Notes: generated by a model not told the origin, from the letters alone. A stretch of 63,915 nucleotides of DNA from Candidatus Omnitrophota bacterium (GCA_043809145.1 JAZDED010000013.1:1-63915); one strand, 5' to 3'. Counted from the stretch's first letter, positions 1-10,122 are shown. Made by a program: numbers and translations.

Positions 1-1077
1 ACTCCGCTTTATCCAGAGCACCAAAAATTAGCAGCCCAGATGTCTCCTTTTGGCGGTTGGCTTATGCCTATCCAGTATTCCCGTATTATTGAGGAGCATA
101 ACTGGACGCGCGCTAGTTCTTCGTTATTTGATATCTGCCATATGGGAGAGTTTATTATCCAGGGAGAGTTAAAGAATAGTAAGCTGGATACGATCCTGAC
201 TATGAATCTAAATAATCTCTGTGTAGGTAAATGCCGTTATGGCTTTATGCTTAATGAAAGAGGCGGGATTATCGACGATCTGGTTATTTATCGGATAGAA
301 GATGATCGATGGATGCTGGTAGTTAATGCTGCTACGACAGATAATGATGAAGCGCATTTAATAAAACACCTTTCTGGTGTTTCTCGAATTGAGAATATTT
401 CTTCAAAAATTGGCAAACTGGATATCCAAGGCCCTTTATCCCGGGAGATTTTAAAGAAACACTTCGGAAATAGAATAGATGAGCTGGGTTATTATGGTTT
501 TGCATATTTTGATATTTTAGGCGAAAAGAACATTATCAGCCGCAGCGGTTATACCGGTGAATTAGGTTTTGAGATATATTTAAGCAATGCAAAGATACCT
601 GCGCTCTGGAGCCTTATTTTAGAAGACAAGCGGGTAAAGCCTGCGGGCCTGGGAGCAAGAGATACCTTACGTTTGGAGATGGGGTATAGTTTGTACGGCC
701 AGGATATTGATGAGAATACTTCGCCGCTTGAGGCTGGCCTGGGGAAATTTGTAGATTTTAATAAGGATTTTATGGGCAAAACCGCCTTATTAAAACAAAA
801 GAAAGAAGGAGTTAAGAATAGATTAATCGGTTTTATGACTAATTCCCGCAGATCGGCACGTCATAACTATAAAATATTTAGTCGCAATGACGAGATAGGT
901 TTTGTTACTAGCGGTTCATTTTCTCCTAGTTTATCCTGTGGTATCGGCATGGGTTATGTTACCCTAGAGACAGGAATCGGGGGCAAGATTTTACTCAAAG
1001 AAGGTAATATAGAGATTGAAGCTACTACCACAGAGAGGCCTTTTTATAAACAGGGCACTGCAAGATTTAAAGATTAA
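1..1077 (+). CDS. gcvT: Glycine cleavage system aminomethyltransferase T (5'-truncated by window edge)
   Basis: Frame is open from base 1 (TPLYPEHQKLAAQMSPFGGWLMPIQY). Motifs FDICHMGE, SRSGYTGELGFE, GLGARDTLRLEMG. Confidence 0.96.
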   Translation, partial: TPLYPEHQKLAAQMSPFGGWLMPIQYSRIIEEHNWTRASSSLFDICHMGEFIIQGELKNSKLDTILTMNLNNLCVGKCRYGFMLNERGGIIDDLVIYRIEDDRWMLVVNAATTDNDEAHLIKHLSGVSRIENISSKIGKLDIQGPLSREILKKHFGNRIDELGYYGFAYFDILGEKNIISRSGYTGELGFEIYLSNAKIPALWSLILEDKRVKPAGLGARDTLRLEMGYSLYGQDIDENTSPLEAGLGKFVDFNKDFMGKTALLKQKKEGVKNRLIGFMTNSRRSARHNYKIFSRNDEIGFVTSGSFSPSLSCGIGMGYVTLETGIGGKILLKEGNIEIEATTTERPFYKQGTARFKD

Positions 1078-1185
1078 TTGTGCACCTTGCGCTTATAAGG
1101 GCACCCGGCTCTATAGGAATGCGTCGGTGTCCCCTTCGTAAGGGAATTGCGCAGGTGTTGTGTGCGTACACAAAGGGGGATAATA

Positions 1186-1578
1186 ATGGAAGAGGTTCGT
1201 GAAGGATTATATTATACTAAAGACCATGAATGGGTAAAGATCGAAGGGCCGCTTACTACTATTGGAATTACTGATCACGCCCAGCATTCTTTGGGCGATA
1301 TCACTTTTGTCGAACTGCCAAAGATGGGAGCAAGCCTCAAGCAGTCTGAGCAGTGCGCAACGGTAGAGTCTATTAAGGCTGCCTCGGATATTTATGCCCC
1401 CCTTTCAGGCAAGGTGGTAAAGGTTAACGAAGCGTTAAATTCTAATCCTGCCTTAATTAATCAGGATTCCTACGGACAGGGTTGGTTGGCAGTCATTGAG
1501 ATAAAAGATATTGAAGAAAAGAAGAAATTGTTGACGGATAAAGATTACACCCAATACCTGGAAGGTTTAAAAAAATGA
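1186..1578 (+). CDS. gcvH: Glycine cleavage system H protein
   Basis: YTKDHEWV, IGITDHAQ, lipoyl-lysine motif VESIKAASDIYAP. ATG at 1186 follows SD AAGGGGG. Confidence 0.96.
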   Translation: MEEVREGLYYTKDHEWVKIEGPLTTIGITDHAQHSLGDITFVELPKMGASLKQSEQCATVESIKAASDIYAPLSGKVVKVNEALNSNPALINQDSYGQGWLAVIEIKDIEEKKKLLTDKDYTQYLEGLKK

Positions 1579-2912
1579 GTTTTGTTCCGCATACCCGGGA
1601 AGAAATTCAACAGATGCTTAAAGCTATTGGCGTATCGGCAGTTGAGGATCTTTTTAAGGAGATCCGGCCGCAATTAAGAGCAAAGTCTTTCGATATTCCT
1701 GAAGGTAAATCCGAGTTTGAAACTGTAGAGATAATGAAAAATTTGGCAGCTAAGAATTCCACCAACCTGATTAATTTTCTGGGGGCGGGATTCTATGACC
1801 ACTATATCCCGGCAGCAGTGGATGCTCTGGCCAGCCGCGGAGAGTTTTATACTGCCTATACTCCTTACCAGCCGGAGTGTTCACAAGGATGGCTGCAGGC
1901 AATCTATGAATACCAGACAGCTATTTGTGAGCTTACCGGGCTGGATGTCAGCAATGCCTCTCTTTATGATGGAGGTACGGCCCTTTATGAGGCTATGATG
2001 ATGGCTATAAAGATTACTAATAGGAAAAAGATAATCGTTGATAGCGGAGTGAATTTTATCTACCGTCAGATGCTTTACACCTATACTTCGAATTTGGCAA
2101 TTGAATTTATCGAGACTCCGGTTGTGCACGGACAGAGCTGTCGAGCCGAGATCTATAAACATCTAGACGATAAGACTGCCGCTGTAATCGTGCAGAATCC
2201 AAATTTTTTTGGAGCCATAGATGATTTTTCAGATATAGTAGAGCAGGCGCACGCTAAAGGGGCTCTTGCTATATCTTCGGTCTATCCTTTATCTTTAGGT
2301 TTATTAAAAACCCCGGCAGAGATGGGCATAGATATTGCTACCGGTGAAGGCCAAAGCTTGGGTTTACCGCTTTCTTTCGGCGGACCGTACCTTGGTTTTA
2401 TGGCTGCGCGCAGTGATTATATGCGCAGGATGCCGGGAAGAATAGCGGGCGCTACAATCGATAAAGACGGTAAAAAGGGATACGTGCTTACCTTGCAGGC
2501 CAGGGAACAGCATATCCGCAGAGAGAAGGCAACCTCTAATATATGTTCTAATGAAGCCCTCTGCGCTTTAAGGGCAGTAATCTATTTAAGCCTTTTAGGA
2601 AAAGAGGGCTTAAAGGAATTAGCCCGGACCAATTTTCAGAATGCCGAATACGCCAAAACTCTGCTGGATAAAGTTAAGGGTGTAGAAGTCAAAAGAAGTT
2701 CGCCTACTTTTAATGAATTTACTCTGTGCTTATCCAGGAATGCCGAAGAGGTAGTAACCCAAATGCAGAAAAAAGGCTTTATCGCCGGATTTCCTGTAGG
2801 AAGATTTTATAAACAAATGCCTAATTACCTGGTAGTCTCGGTTACCGAGAAAAGGACTAAAGAAGAGATAGAGGATTTTGTAGAAAATATCGAAGGAGTA
2901 TTGTGCGTTTAA
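1575..2912 (+). CDS. gcvPA: Glycine dehydrogenase subunit 1
   Basis: FLGAGFYDHYIP, FYTAYTPYQPE, NASLYDG, LQAREQHIRREKATSNICSN. Confidence 0.96.
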   Translation: MSFVPHTREEIQQMLKAIGVSAVEDLFKEIRPQLRAKSFDIPEGKSEFETVEIMKNLAAKNSTNLINFLGAGFYDHYIPAAVDALASRGEFYTAYTPYQPECSQGWLQAIYEYQTAICELTGLDVSNASLYDGGTALYEAMMMAIKITNRKKIIVDSGVNFIYRQMLYTYTSNLAIEFIETPVVHGQSCRAEIYKHLDDKTAAVIVQNPNFFGAIDDFSDIVEQAHAKGALAISSVYPLSLGLLKTPAEMGIDIATGEGQSLGLPLSFGGPYLGFMAARSDYMRRMPGRIAGATIDKDGKKGYVLTLQAREQHIRREKATSNICSNEALCALRAVIYLSLLGKEGLKELARTNFQNAEYAKTLLDKVKGVEVKRSSPTFNEFTLCLSRNAEEVVTQMQKKGFIAGFPVGRFYKQMPNYLVVSVTEKRTKEEIEDFVENIEGVLCV

Positions 2913-4354
2913 TATACGAAAAAAGCATTCAGGGTAAAAGAGCGGTAAAACTGCCTCAGCCGGCAGGTAAATTAATTTTAGATTTGCCGAAAAAATTCCT
3001 GCGTCAAAAAGAGGCTAACTTGCCGGAGGTCTCGGAATTAGACGTGGTTAGGCATTTTACTAATCTTTCCCGATTGAACTTTTCGGTGGATACCAATTTT
3101 TATCCGCTAGGCTCATGCACCATGAAATACAATCCTAAGTTTACGGAGAAAATCGCTCAACTGGAGGGGTTTTACGCCCTACATCCATTATTGGCGCAAT
3201 TAAAAACGGGAGAGAATTTAACTCAAGGCGCTTTGGAAGTAATCTGGGAAACAGAAAAGTTGTTGTGTGAGATTACCGGGATGAAGGCATTTACCACCCA
3301 GCCTTTGGCCGGCGCGCACGGAGAATTAACCGGGGTAATGTTAATCGCAGCGTTTCATAAAAATAATGGACAGAAGAGAAAATATATTTTGGTCCCGGAT
3401 TCTTCGCACGGTACAAACCCATCCAGTGCAGCTATTGCCGGATACGAAATAGTTTCTATTCCTACAGGTAAAGATGGCTGTGTGGATTTGAATGTATTCG
3501 AGTCTTGTCTTAATAAAGATGTGGCAGCAGCAATGCTTACTTGTCCAAACACCTTAGGCATATTTGAAAAGGATATTCAGGAGATCTGTTCTGCCGCGCA
3601 TCAGGCCGGAGCTCTTGTTTATTATGACGGAGCAAACCTGAATGCTATCCTTGGTAAGGCCCGTCCCGGTGACTTAGGGTTTGATGTGGTACATCTGAAT
3701 CTGCACAAGACCTTTGCCGCTCCGCACGGAGGCGGAGGGCCAGGCGCAGGCCCAGTAGGAGTGAGCCAGAGATTAGCTAAATTCTTGCCTGTGCCGAGAG
3801 TGATCAAGAATAAAGAGAATAAATTTTATTTGGATTTTGAATGTGCCGAATCCATTGGGCACATCGCTCCCCTTTATGGAAACTTCCAGGTAATTCTAAA
3901 AACTTATGCCTATATTCTTTTGCTCGGTAAAGCGGGATTGATTGAAGTAAGCGAGGCGGCAGTCTTAAATGCCAATTACCTGCGCGTAAAGTTAAAGAAT
4001 TATTTTTATTTACCTTATGATTTAATCTGTATGCATGAATGTGTATTCTCAGCGGCCAAGCTTAAGGAAAAGTATGGAATAAGCGCTTTGGATATTGCCA
4101 AGTATTTAATCGATTCTGGTATTCATCCTCCCACTATATATTTTCCCTTAATTGTCCCGGAGGCTTTGATGATTGAGCCTACCGAGACAGAATCTAAAGA
4201 GGCCCTGGATGAGTTTATAAAAATTATGCAGGATATTGCCCGCCTGTGCAAGGAAAACCCTCAAAGGTTAAAAGATGCTCCCCTGAATATGCCGGTTAAG
4301 AGGCTCGATGAGACAAAAGCCGCCCGGGATTTAAACCTTAGGTGGAAACCATAA
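2903..4354 (+). CDS. gcvPB: Glycine dehydrogenase subunit 2 (PLP)
   Basis: YPLGSCTMKYNP, HLNLHKTF (PLP lysine), PHGGGGPG, MIEPTETES. Confidence 0.96.
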   Translation: MRLIYEKSIQGKRAVKLPQPAGKLILDLPKKFLRQKEANLPEVSELDVVRHFTNLSRLNFSVDTNFYPLGSCTMKYNPKFTEKIAQLEGFYALHPLLAQLKTGENLTQGALEVIWETEKLLCEITGMKAFTTQPLAGAHGELTGVMLIAAFHKNNGQKRKYILVPDSSHGTNPSSAAIAGYEIVSIPTGKDGCVDLNVFESCLNKDVAAAMLTCPNTLGIFEKDIQEICSAAHQAGALVYYDGANLNAILGKARPGDLGFDVVHLNLHKTFAAPHGGGGPGAGPVGVSQRLAKFLPVPRVIKNKENKFYLDFECAESIGHIAPLYGNFQVILKTYAYILLLGKAGLIEVSEAAVLNANYLRVKLKNYFYLPYDLICMHECVFSAAKLKEKYGISALDIAKYLIDSGIHPPTIYFPLIVPEALMIEPTETESKEALDEFIKIMQDIARLCKENPQRLKDAPLNMPVKRLDETKAARDLNLRWKP

Positions 4355-4367
4355 CATTTAATCAAAT

Positions 4368-5198
4368 ATGAAAAAATGGCGCTTGATCTTAAGCGGTTAC
4401 AATGACCCTTATGCCAATATGGCCATTGATGAGGCGCTTTGTCGCAGGCAGGCTGACCCAGGAGCTCTGCCGGTTGTGCGGATTTACGGCTGGGAGCCGG
4501 CAAGCTTCTCATTAGGATATTTTCAAAAACCGGAAAGTCTTTTTAATCTCAAGGTTTGCCGGCAGGAGAATATTTCTTTTGTGCGCAGGTTTACCGGAGG
4601 AGAGATTATTTTTCATAAAGATGATTTGACCTATAGCGTGTGTTGCCGGCGAGATGATTTAGGCATCTTCGGTTCAATAGATGAGAGTTACAAAATTATC
4701 TCTGGTTTTATCCTGGAGGCTTATCGTTCTTTAGGTTTAGAAGCGGAATTTTTTTCTGCAGTAAAGACTTTTAAACAAAAAGAATCTCCTACGGGAGCAC
4801 TTTGTTTTTCCTCCAAGGAAGGATATGATATTACCATACAAGAAAAAAAGATCGGTGGCTCTGCGCAGAGGAGGAGGAAGAAAGTAATCTTTCAACATGG
4901 TTCAATTCCTTTAAAAATGGGGACTAACCTTTGCGCGCTTTTTTTAAACGATGATATATCCGGTATAGATAATAAGGTTATTTCGCTGGAAGAGGCTTTG
5001 GGTAGGCCAATACATTTTGGCGAGCTTTCAGAGGCATTGATAGTATCATTTACCAAGGTTTTTAATGTTGACCTGCAAATAGCTTGCTTGGATGCTCAAG
5101 AAGTAGAGTTGTCCGGAATATTAATCCGGGAGAAATACCGTAATCCTGAATGGAACCTTTATCGTAAAAACACGCTATTTTCTACCGTAGAATGTTGA
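4368..5198 (+). CDS. Lipoate-protein ligase / octanoyltransferase (LipM/LplA family)
   Basis: NMAIDEAL, VRRFTGG, KKIGGSAQRR, QHGSI; lies between gcvPB and lipA. Confidence 0.88.
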   Translation: MKKWRLILSGYNDPYANMAIDEALCRRQADPGALPVVRIYGWEPASFSLGYFQKPESLFNLKVCRQENISFVRRFTGGEIIFHKDDLTYSVCCRRDDLGIFGSIDESYKIISGFILEAYRSLGLEAEFFSAVKTFKQKESPTGALCFSSKEGYDITIQEKKIGGSAQRRRKKVIFQHGSIPLKMGTNLCALFLNDDISGIDNKVISLEEALGRPIHFGELSEALIVSFTKVFNVDLQIACLDAQEVELSGILIREKYRNPEWNLYRKNTLFSTVEC

Positions 5199-6058
5199 AT
5201 ACTTTAAAAAAGCCGGAATGGTTAAATAAAAAGGTGAGTTTAAGCGCCTGCCGGGATACCCAGGTTTTTCTTAAAAGTTTAAACTTGAATACAGTTTGTC
5301 AGGAAGCCAGATGTCCAAATATCGGTGAATGTTTTTCTCAGAAAAATGCCACCTTCTTAATTCTGGGAGATACCTGTACCAGGAATTGTTCTTTTTGCGC
5401 GGTTAAGAAAGGTCTTCCGCTTGCGCTTGACTATAATGAGGCAGAAAAGATAACCTTTGCCGTAAGAAAGCTTGGCATAAACTATGTGGTGATAACCAGT
5501 GTTACCCGGGATGACCTTAACGATGGAGGTTCTGGGCTCTTTGCGCAGGTTGTGCTAGCCTTGCGCCGTAAAATCGCGAATATAAAAATCGAAGTTTTGG
5601 TTCCCGATTTTAAAGGCCAGAAAGAAGCAGTTATAACTGTGGTTGAAGCTGGTCCCCTTGTTTTAGCGCATAATCTGGAAACGGTGCCGCGCCTTTACGC
5701 AAAAATAAGGCCGCAGGCAGATTATCAGCGTTCCTTAATGCTTTTGCAGAACGCTAAAATTTATGGTAAAATCTATAGTAAGTCCGGGCTTATGTTAGGC
5801 CTGGGCGAAAGCGAAGATGAGGTTTTAAAGGTTTTAAGGGATTTACGCCGGGTGAATTGCGATTTTTTAAATCTGGGACAGTATTTATCTCCCGGTTTGA
5901 GTAATTATCAGGTTCAGGAGTATGTAACTCCGAATAAATTTGGATATTTCAAAGAGAAGGCCATAGAGATGGGTTTTCTCTATGTGGCAAGCGCTCCTTA
6001 TGTGCGTAGTTCTTATTTAGCGGATGAGTATTTTAAGAATAAGGGGGATTCAAAATGA
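5192..6058 (+). CDS. lipA: Lipoyl synthase
   Basis: TVCQEARCPNIGEC, CTRNCSFC radical SAM motif, HNLETV, RSSY. Confidence 0.96.
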   Translation: MLNTLKKPEWLNKKVSLSACRDTQVFLKSLNLNTVCQEARCPNIGECFSQKNATFLILGDTCTRNCSFCAVKKGLPLALDYNEAEKITFAVRKLGINYVVITSVTRDDLNDGGSGLFAQVVLALRRKIANIKIEVLVPDFKGQKEAVITVVEAGPLVLAHNLETVPRLYAKIRPQADYQRSLMLLQNAKIYGKIYSKSGLMLGLGESEDEVLKVLRDLRRVNCDFLNLGQYLSPGLSNYQVQEYVTPNKFGYFKEKAIEMGFLYVASAPYVRSSYLADEYFKNKGDSK

Positions 6059-7023
6059 AGATAATTCTGACCGGGGGAGCAGGGTTTATCGGAAGCTGCC
6101 TTTTGAGTAAACTAAATGCCAAAGGTATCGATGATATTATAATCGTGGATAAACTCGGCAGTTCAGATAAGTGGAAGAACCTGGAAGGTAAGAAATTTGA
6201 AGACTATATAGATAAAGACAGATTTTTGGATTATCTGGAAAGCAACCGGATTATTGGCCCGGTTGACACTGTTATTCATATGGGGGCTTGTACATCTACT
6301 GTCGAGACCAACGCTTCTTATATGTTGGAGAATAACTATAGCTATTCTAAAAGGTTATGCTCCTGGGCGTTAAAAAATAAGGCGCATTTTTTATATGCTT
6401 CTTCGGCAGCAACTTATGGAGACGGCAAATTAGGTTATAGCGATATGGATGCGGTTACTTTAACGCTTCATCCTCTTAATATATACGGTTATTCTAAACA
6501 CCTTTTTGACCTGTGGTTAATCAAGAATAAACTCATAGAGAAAGTAACCGGATTTAAATTTTTCAATGTCTTTGGCCCCAATGAGTATCACAAGGAAGAG
6601 ATGCGCAGTGTCATCGCTAAATCATTCACCCACGTAGTTAAGTCCGGGGTGATGAAATTATTTATGTCTTATCGGATGGAATATGCTGACGGAGAACAAA
6701 AAAGGGATTTTATTTATGTCAAAGATGCGGTAGAGATGGTTTATTATTTTATTGAGAATTTAAACCAAAAAGGTATTTTTAATATCGGCACAGGGCAAGC
6801 GCGCACCTGGAAAGATGTAGCCGGAGCATTGTTTGCTACATTAGATAAAAAGCCGCAGGTTGAATATGTCCCCATGCCCGAGACTATCCGGGATAAATAC
6901 CAATATTTTACGCAAGCCGAGACTGATAAACTGAAAGCAGCAGGCTGTAGGCATAAGTGCATGAGCCTGGAGGATGCGGTTAAGGATTATGCGGGGTATT
7001 TAGAGAATCAAAGTTATTTGTAG
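6055..7023 (+). CDS. hldD: ADP-L-glycero-D-manno-heptose 6-epimerase
   Basis: TGGAGFIGS, YASSAATYG, YGYSK, FNVFGPNEYHK, RDFIYVKD. Confidence 0.92.
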   Translation: MKIILTGGAGFIGSCLLSKLNAKGIDDIIIVDKLGSSDKWKNLEGKKFEDYIDKDRFLDYLESNRIIGPVDTVIHMGACTSTVETNASYMLENNYSYSKRLCSWALKNKAHFLYASSAATYGDGKLGYSDMDAVTLTLHPLNIYGYSKHLFDLWLIKNKLIEKVTGFKFFNVFGPNEYHKEEMRSVIAKSFTHVVKSGVMKLFMSYRMEYADGEQKRDFIYVKDAVEMVYYFIENLNQKGIFNIGTGQARTWKDVAGALFATLDKKPQVEYVPMPETIRDKYQYFTQAETDKLKAAGCRHKCMSLEDAVKDYAGYLENQSYL

Positions 7024-7106
7024 TTTGGCAAAATTAATCTCTCAGCCTGTTAGCTTGGCGAAGCAATCTTTTAAAAAACAAGTGTGTATTTTAAGAGGAG
7101 GAAGAA

Positions 7107-7853
7107 GTGCCGCAGGTTAAATTAAAGGTTCAGCTTTTAGACGTGACCCAGAATGCCACCGGGCTTATTTACGCTGCTTGCAGGCAGTGTTATTCTGCAA
7201 AGTTCGCCGGAGATATCTTTGAAGATACCAAAGATGATATCGTGAAGATGGAAGAGTTTATTCAGAAGGTGGCGGAGTCCGGGCATGAGAGCCCTTTAGA
7301 ACATGTAAAATTTACCTTTGCTATTTGTGGTGTTTCCCGCGCGTTGACACACCAGCTGGTAAGGCACAGGATCGCTTCTTTTTCTCAGCAGAGTCAGCGC
7401 TATGTTAAGGCTGTGGATTTCAATTATATTATTCCTCCTTCTATAGAGGAGGATAAGCACTTAAGGGAAAAATTTATAAGGATAATGCAGGATATTCAAA
7501 AAGGCTACGATGAATTTCTACAGTCTTTTAAAAAAATAGGGGCCAGCGGAGAAAAGGTTAACCAGGATGCCCGATTTATTCTACCACAGGCAGCAGAGAC
7601 CAAGATTGTAGTGAGTATGAATTGCCGGGAATTGCTGCATTTTTTTGCCGTACGCTGCTGCAATCGCGCCCAATGGGAGATACATTTTCTTGCGGATGAA
7701 ATGTTAAAGTTGTGCCAGGATAAACTTCCTGCTGTTTTTAAGCATTCCGGAGCCAAGTGCGTAAAATTAAGCTATTGCCCGGAATCAGCTCAATTCAGCT
7801 GCCGAAAATTCCCTCTTAAGGAAGAGATAATTAAGAAGAAGAGTCAGGTTTAA
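7107..7853 (+). CDS. thyX: FAD-dependent thymidylate synthase
   Basis: GHESPLEH, RALTHQLVRHRIASFSQQSQRY, DARFILP. GTG start with SD AGGAGG. Confidence 0.95.
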   Translation: MPQVKLKVQLLDVTQNATGLIYAACRQCYSAKFAGDIFEDTKDDIVKMEEFIQKVAESGHESPLEHVKFTFAICGVSRALTHQLVRHRIASFSQQSQRYVKAVDFNYIIPPSIEEDKHLREKFIRIMQDIQKGYDEFLQSFKKIGASGEKVNQDARFILPQAAETKIVVSMNCRELLHFFAVRCCNRAQWEIHFLADEMLKLCQDKLPAVFKHSGAKCVKLSYCPESAQFSCRKFPLKEEIIKKKSQV

Positions 7854-7869
7854 TTAAAATTTTGCGCCT

Positions 7870-8541
7870 ATGATTAGAGACGGCATACTGGTAATTAATA
7901 AGCCGAAGGGGATGACTTCCCATGATGTGGTAGCTTTTGTGCGCAGGAAACTAGGTATCAAAAAGGTCGGCCATGCCGGAACATTAGATCCCATAGCTAC
8001 GGGTGTGTTAGTAGTCCTGGTAGGGACAGCGACAAAACTGTTTGAACAATTCTTGAATTTTGATAAAGAATATGTAGCGACTTTAACCCTGGGCAAAAGG
8101 ACTACAACCGGAGACAGCCAGGGAGAGCCTCTTGAAGAAAAGGGATTCGATGCTGTTAATAATGAATTGATCAAAGAAACGGCATCTTTTTTTATCGGCG
8201 AACAGATGCAGGTTCCACCAATGGTCTCGGCTCTTAAGCATAAGGGAAAAAGGCTTTATAAGATTGCCAGAAAAGGCAAAGAGGTAGAGCGCCAGGCACG
8301 CAAAATAACCATTAAGGACCTCAAGGTTATAAAAATAGAACTCCCGCATATTCAATTTTATGTCAAATGTACCCGCGGCACCTATGTGCGGCAGCTAGCC
8401 GAAGATATGGCGCAGAGGCTTGGATGCGTCGGCCATGTTTCGCAGATCGAGCGCCAGAGTATCGGAAGGTTTAATATTAAGGACGGGCTTTTGCTTTCTC
8501 AGGTAGAGCAGTCTAGTATTAAACCATATTCAGTCGCGTAA
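7870..8541 (+). CDS. truB: tRNA pseudouridine(55) synthase
   Basis: KPKGMTSHDVV, GHAGTLDP, QVPPMVSALK, GTYVRQL. Confidence 0.95.
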   Translation: MIRDGILVINKPKGMTSHDVVAFVRRKLGIKKVGHAGTLDPIATGVLVVLVGTATKLFEQFLNFDKEYVATLTLGKRTTTGDSQGEPLEEKGFDAVNNELIKETASFFIGEQMQVPPMVSALKHKGKRLYKIARKGKEVERQARKITIKDLKVIKIELPHIQFYVKCTRGTYVRQLAEDMAQRLGCVGHVSQIERQSIGRFNIKDGLLLSQVEQSSIKPYSVA

Positions 8542-8650
8542 AATTAATGCCTAAAAATATGCTTATATTTTCGCCAATCCCTAAAGTTCAGGGTAATACT
8601 TTTGCAAGGTAATTGCCACCAGGAGAGAGGCGGGAGTCTGTTTATATCCT

Positions 8651-8679
8651 TTGACGGCTTGGTAATTGGGAAGTACAAT
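8651..8679 (+). promoter_or_regulatory. Sigma70-type promoter for the microprotein/DEAD-box helicase unit
   Basis: TTGACG-17 nt-TACAAT. Confidence 0.7.
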
Positions 8680-8731
8680 ATATCATGCTTACAGTTAGTT
8701 AGAAAGGCAGAAACCAAGGAAGGGAGATAAT

Positions 8732-8878
8732 ATTAAGAAGATAAAAACATCAATTAAAGGTAGAAAGTGTAAATATCCGCGCTGCAAACATATTTTAAGT
8801 ATTTATAACCATGAACTTTATTGCCATGTCCATCTGGGCATGGCTGTTGGAGTTTCTAAACATAAAAGGCCAAAATAA
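8732..8878 (+). CDS. Putative 48-aa CCCH zinc-finger microprotein with non-canonical ATT start (not in ORF track)
   Basis: Frame reads KKIKTSIKGRKCKYPRCKHILSIYNHELYCHVHLGMAVGVSKHKRPK*, giving C-x4-C-x12-C-x2-H. SD AAGGAAGGGAG ends 5 nt before ATT; the stop is 2 nt before the helicase ATG. Confidence 0.55.
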   Translation: MKKIKTSIKGRKCKYPRCKHILSIYNHELYCHVHLGMAVGVSKHKRPK

Positions 8879-8880
8879 TC

Positions 8881-10122
8881 ATGAATGCGCATTCAGACAA
8901 AATCAGTTCCAATTCTAAAAGTTTTTATGGGCTGGGGATTGCCCCTAAGATACTGGATACATTGGAGCGGATAAAATTTAAAGTTCCTACTTTAATTCAA
9001 TTTAAGGCCATACCTTTAGGTATTGAGGGTAAGGATCTTATTGGTATTGCTCAAACCGGTACCGGAAAAACCCATGCTTTTGCGATCCCTATGGTTCAGC
9101 GCCTGGAGCAAAAACAAGGTATAGGATTAGTCTTGGCTCCCACCCGGGAACTGGCTGTTCAGATTGACGAAGCTTTTCAAAAGATTGCGCATCCGTTTGG
9201 CATGCATACTGCCTGTCTTATCGGAGGCGCGTCTATGCCAGAACAGGTAAGGGCGTTGCGTAAGAATCCACGTATAATAATCGCTACTCCCGGCAGGCTC
9301 ATTGATCATATCAGTCAGTGGAATGTTATGCCTGATGAAGTTGTTATGCTGGTTTTGGATGAGGCTGATCGCATGTTGGATATGGGTTTTGCTCCCCAAA
9401 TAGATAAAATCCTGCGCTTTCTACCTAAAGACCGCCAGACCATGCTTTTTTCTGCTACCATTCCTCAGGAGATTATCAGTATAGCAGCCAAACATATGAA
9501 GCTTCCGGTTTCGGTGGAGATTGCCCCTTCCGGCACTACTGCCGAGAAGATTACTCAGGAGTTATTTATTGTCAGAAAAGAGGCCAAGTCTAAACTCTTG
9601 AATAAGCTTCTTGCGCTTTATCATGGGCCAATGCTTTTGTTTTCCCGGACTAAATATAATGCCAGAAAAATAGCTTTACTAATCAGGGGTATGGGATACA
9701 GCGCGGTAGAAATGCATTCTAACCGTTCGATGGCTCAGCGTAAAGATGCCCTTATGGGTTTTAAATCCGGAAGGTATAAGGTTCTGGTAGCTACGGATAT
9801 AGCCGCCCGGGGAATTGACGTTACTGGAATTGAAGTGGTGCTTAATTATGACCTTCCCGAGGATGCGCAGAATTATGTGCACCGCATTGGCCGCACTGGC
9901 AGGGCAGAGAACAAAGGGCACGCTATATCTTTTGCCACGCCTGACCAAAAAAATGATGTTCAGAATATTGAAAAACTTATCCGGGCCACCTTACCTGTCT
10001 CCAAGCATCCTGAAATGGCTGTGGAGAATTTTGTTGATGTTACGGCTTTGCCTGCGTTTAAGCCTAAGAGGCAGCACTCCCGCCAGCGCAATAATCACTT
10101 CCGCCGCAGGAATATTAAATGA
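8881..10122 (+). CDS. DEAD-box RNA helicase (RhlE-like)
   Basis: AQTGTGKT, PTRELA, TPGR, LDEADRMLDMGF, SAT, ARGID, HRIGRTGR. Confidence 0.95.
   Translation: MNAHSDKISSNSKSFYGLGIAPKILDTLERIKFKVPTLIQFKAIPLGIEGKDLIGIAQTGTGKTHAFAIPMVQRLEQKQGIGLVLAPTRELAVQIDEAFQKIAHPFGMHTACLIGGASMPEQVRALRKNPRIIIATPGRLIDHISQWNVMPDEVVMLVLDEADRMLDMGFAPQIDKILRFLPKDRQTMLFSATIPQEIISIAAKHMKLPVSVEIAPSGTTAEKITQELFIVRKEAKSKLLNKLLALYHGPMLLFSRTKYNARKIALLIRGMGYSAVEMHSNRSMAQRKDALMGFKSGRYKVLVATDIAARGIDVTGIEVVLNYDLPEDAQNYVHRIGRTGRAENKGHAISFATPDQKNDVQNIEKLIRATLPVSKHPEMAVENFVDVTALPAFKPKRQHSRQRNNHFRRRNIK

Noticed and set aside
1078-1185. Glycine riboswitch
   Set aside because: No GGAGA/CCGAAG/CUCAGG core; any such switch would lie upstream of gcvT, outside the window.
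7058-7069. GCGAAGCAATCT, resembling half of a common REP palindrome
   Set aside because: The partner arm is absent; a single 12-mer could be chance or a decayed remnant.
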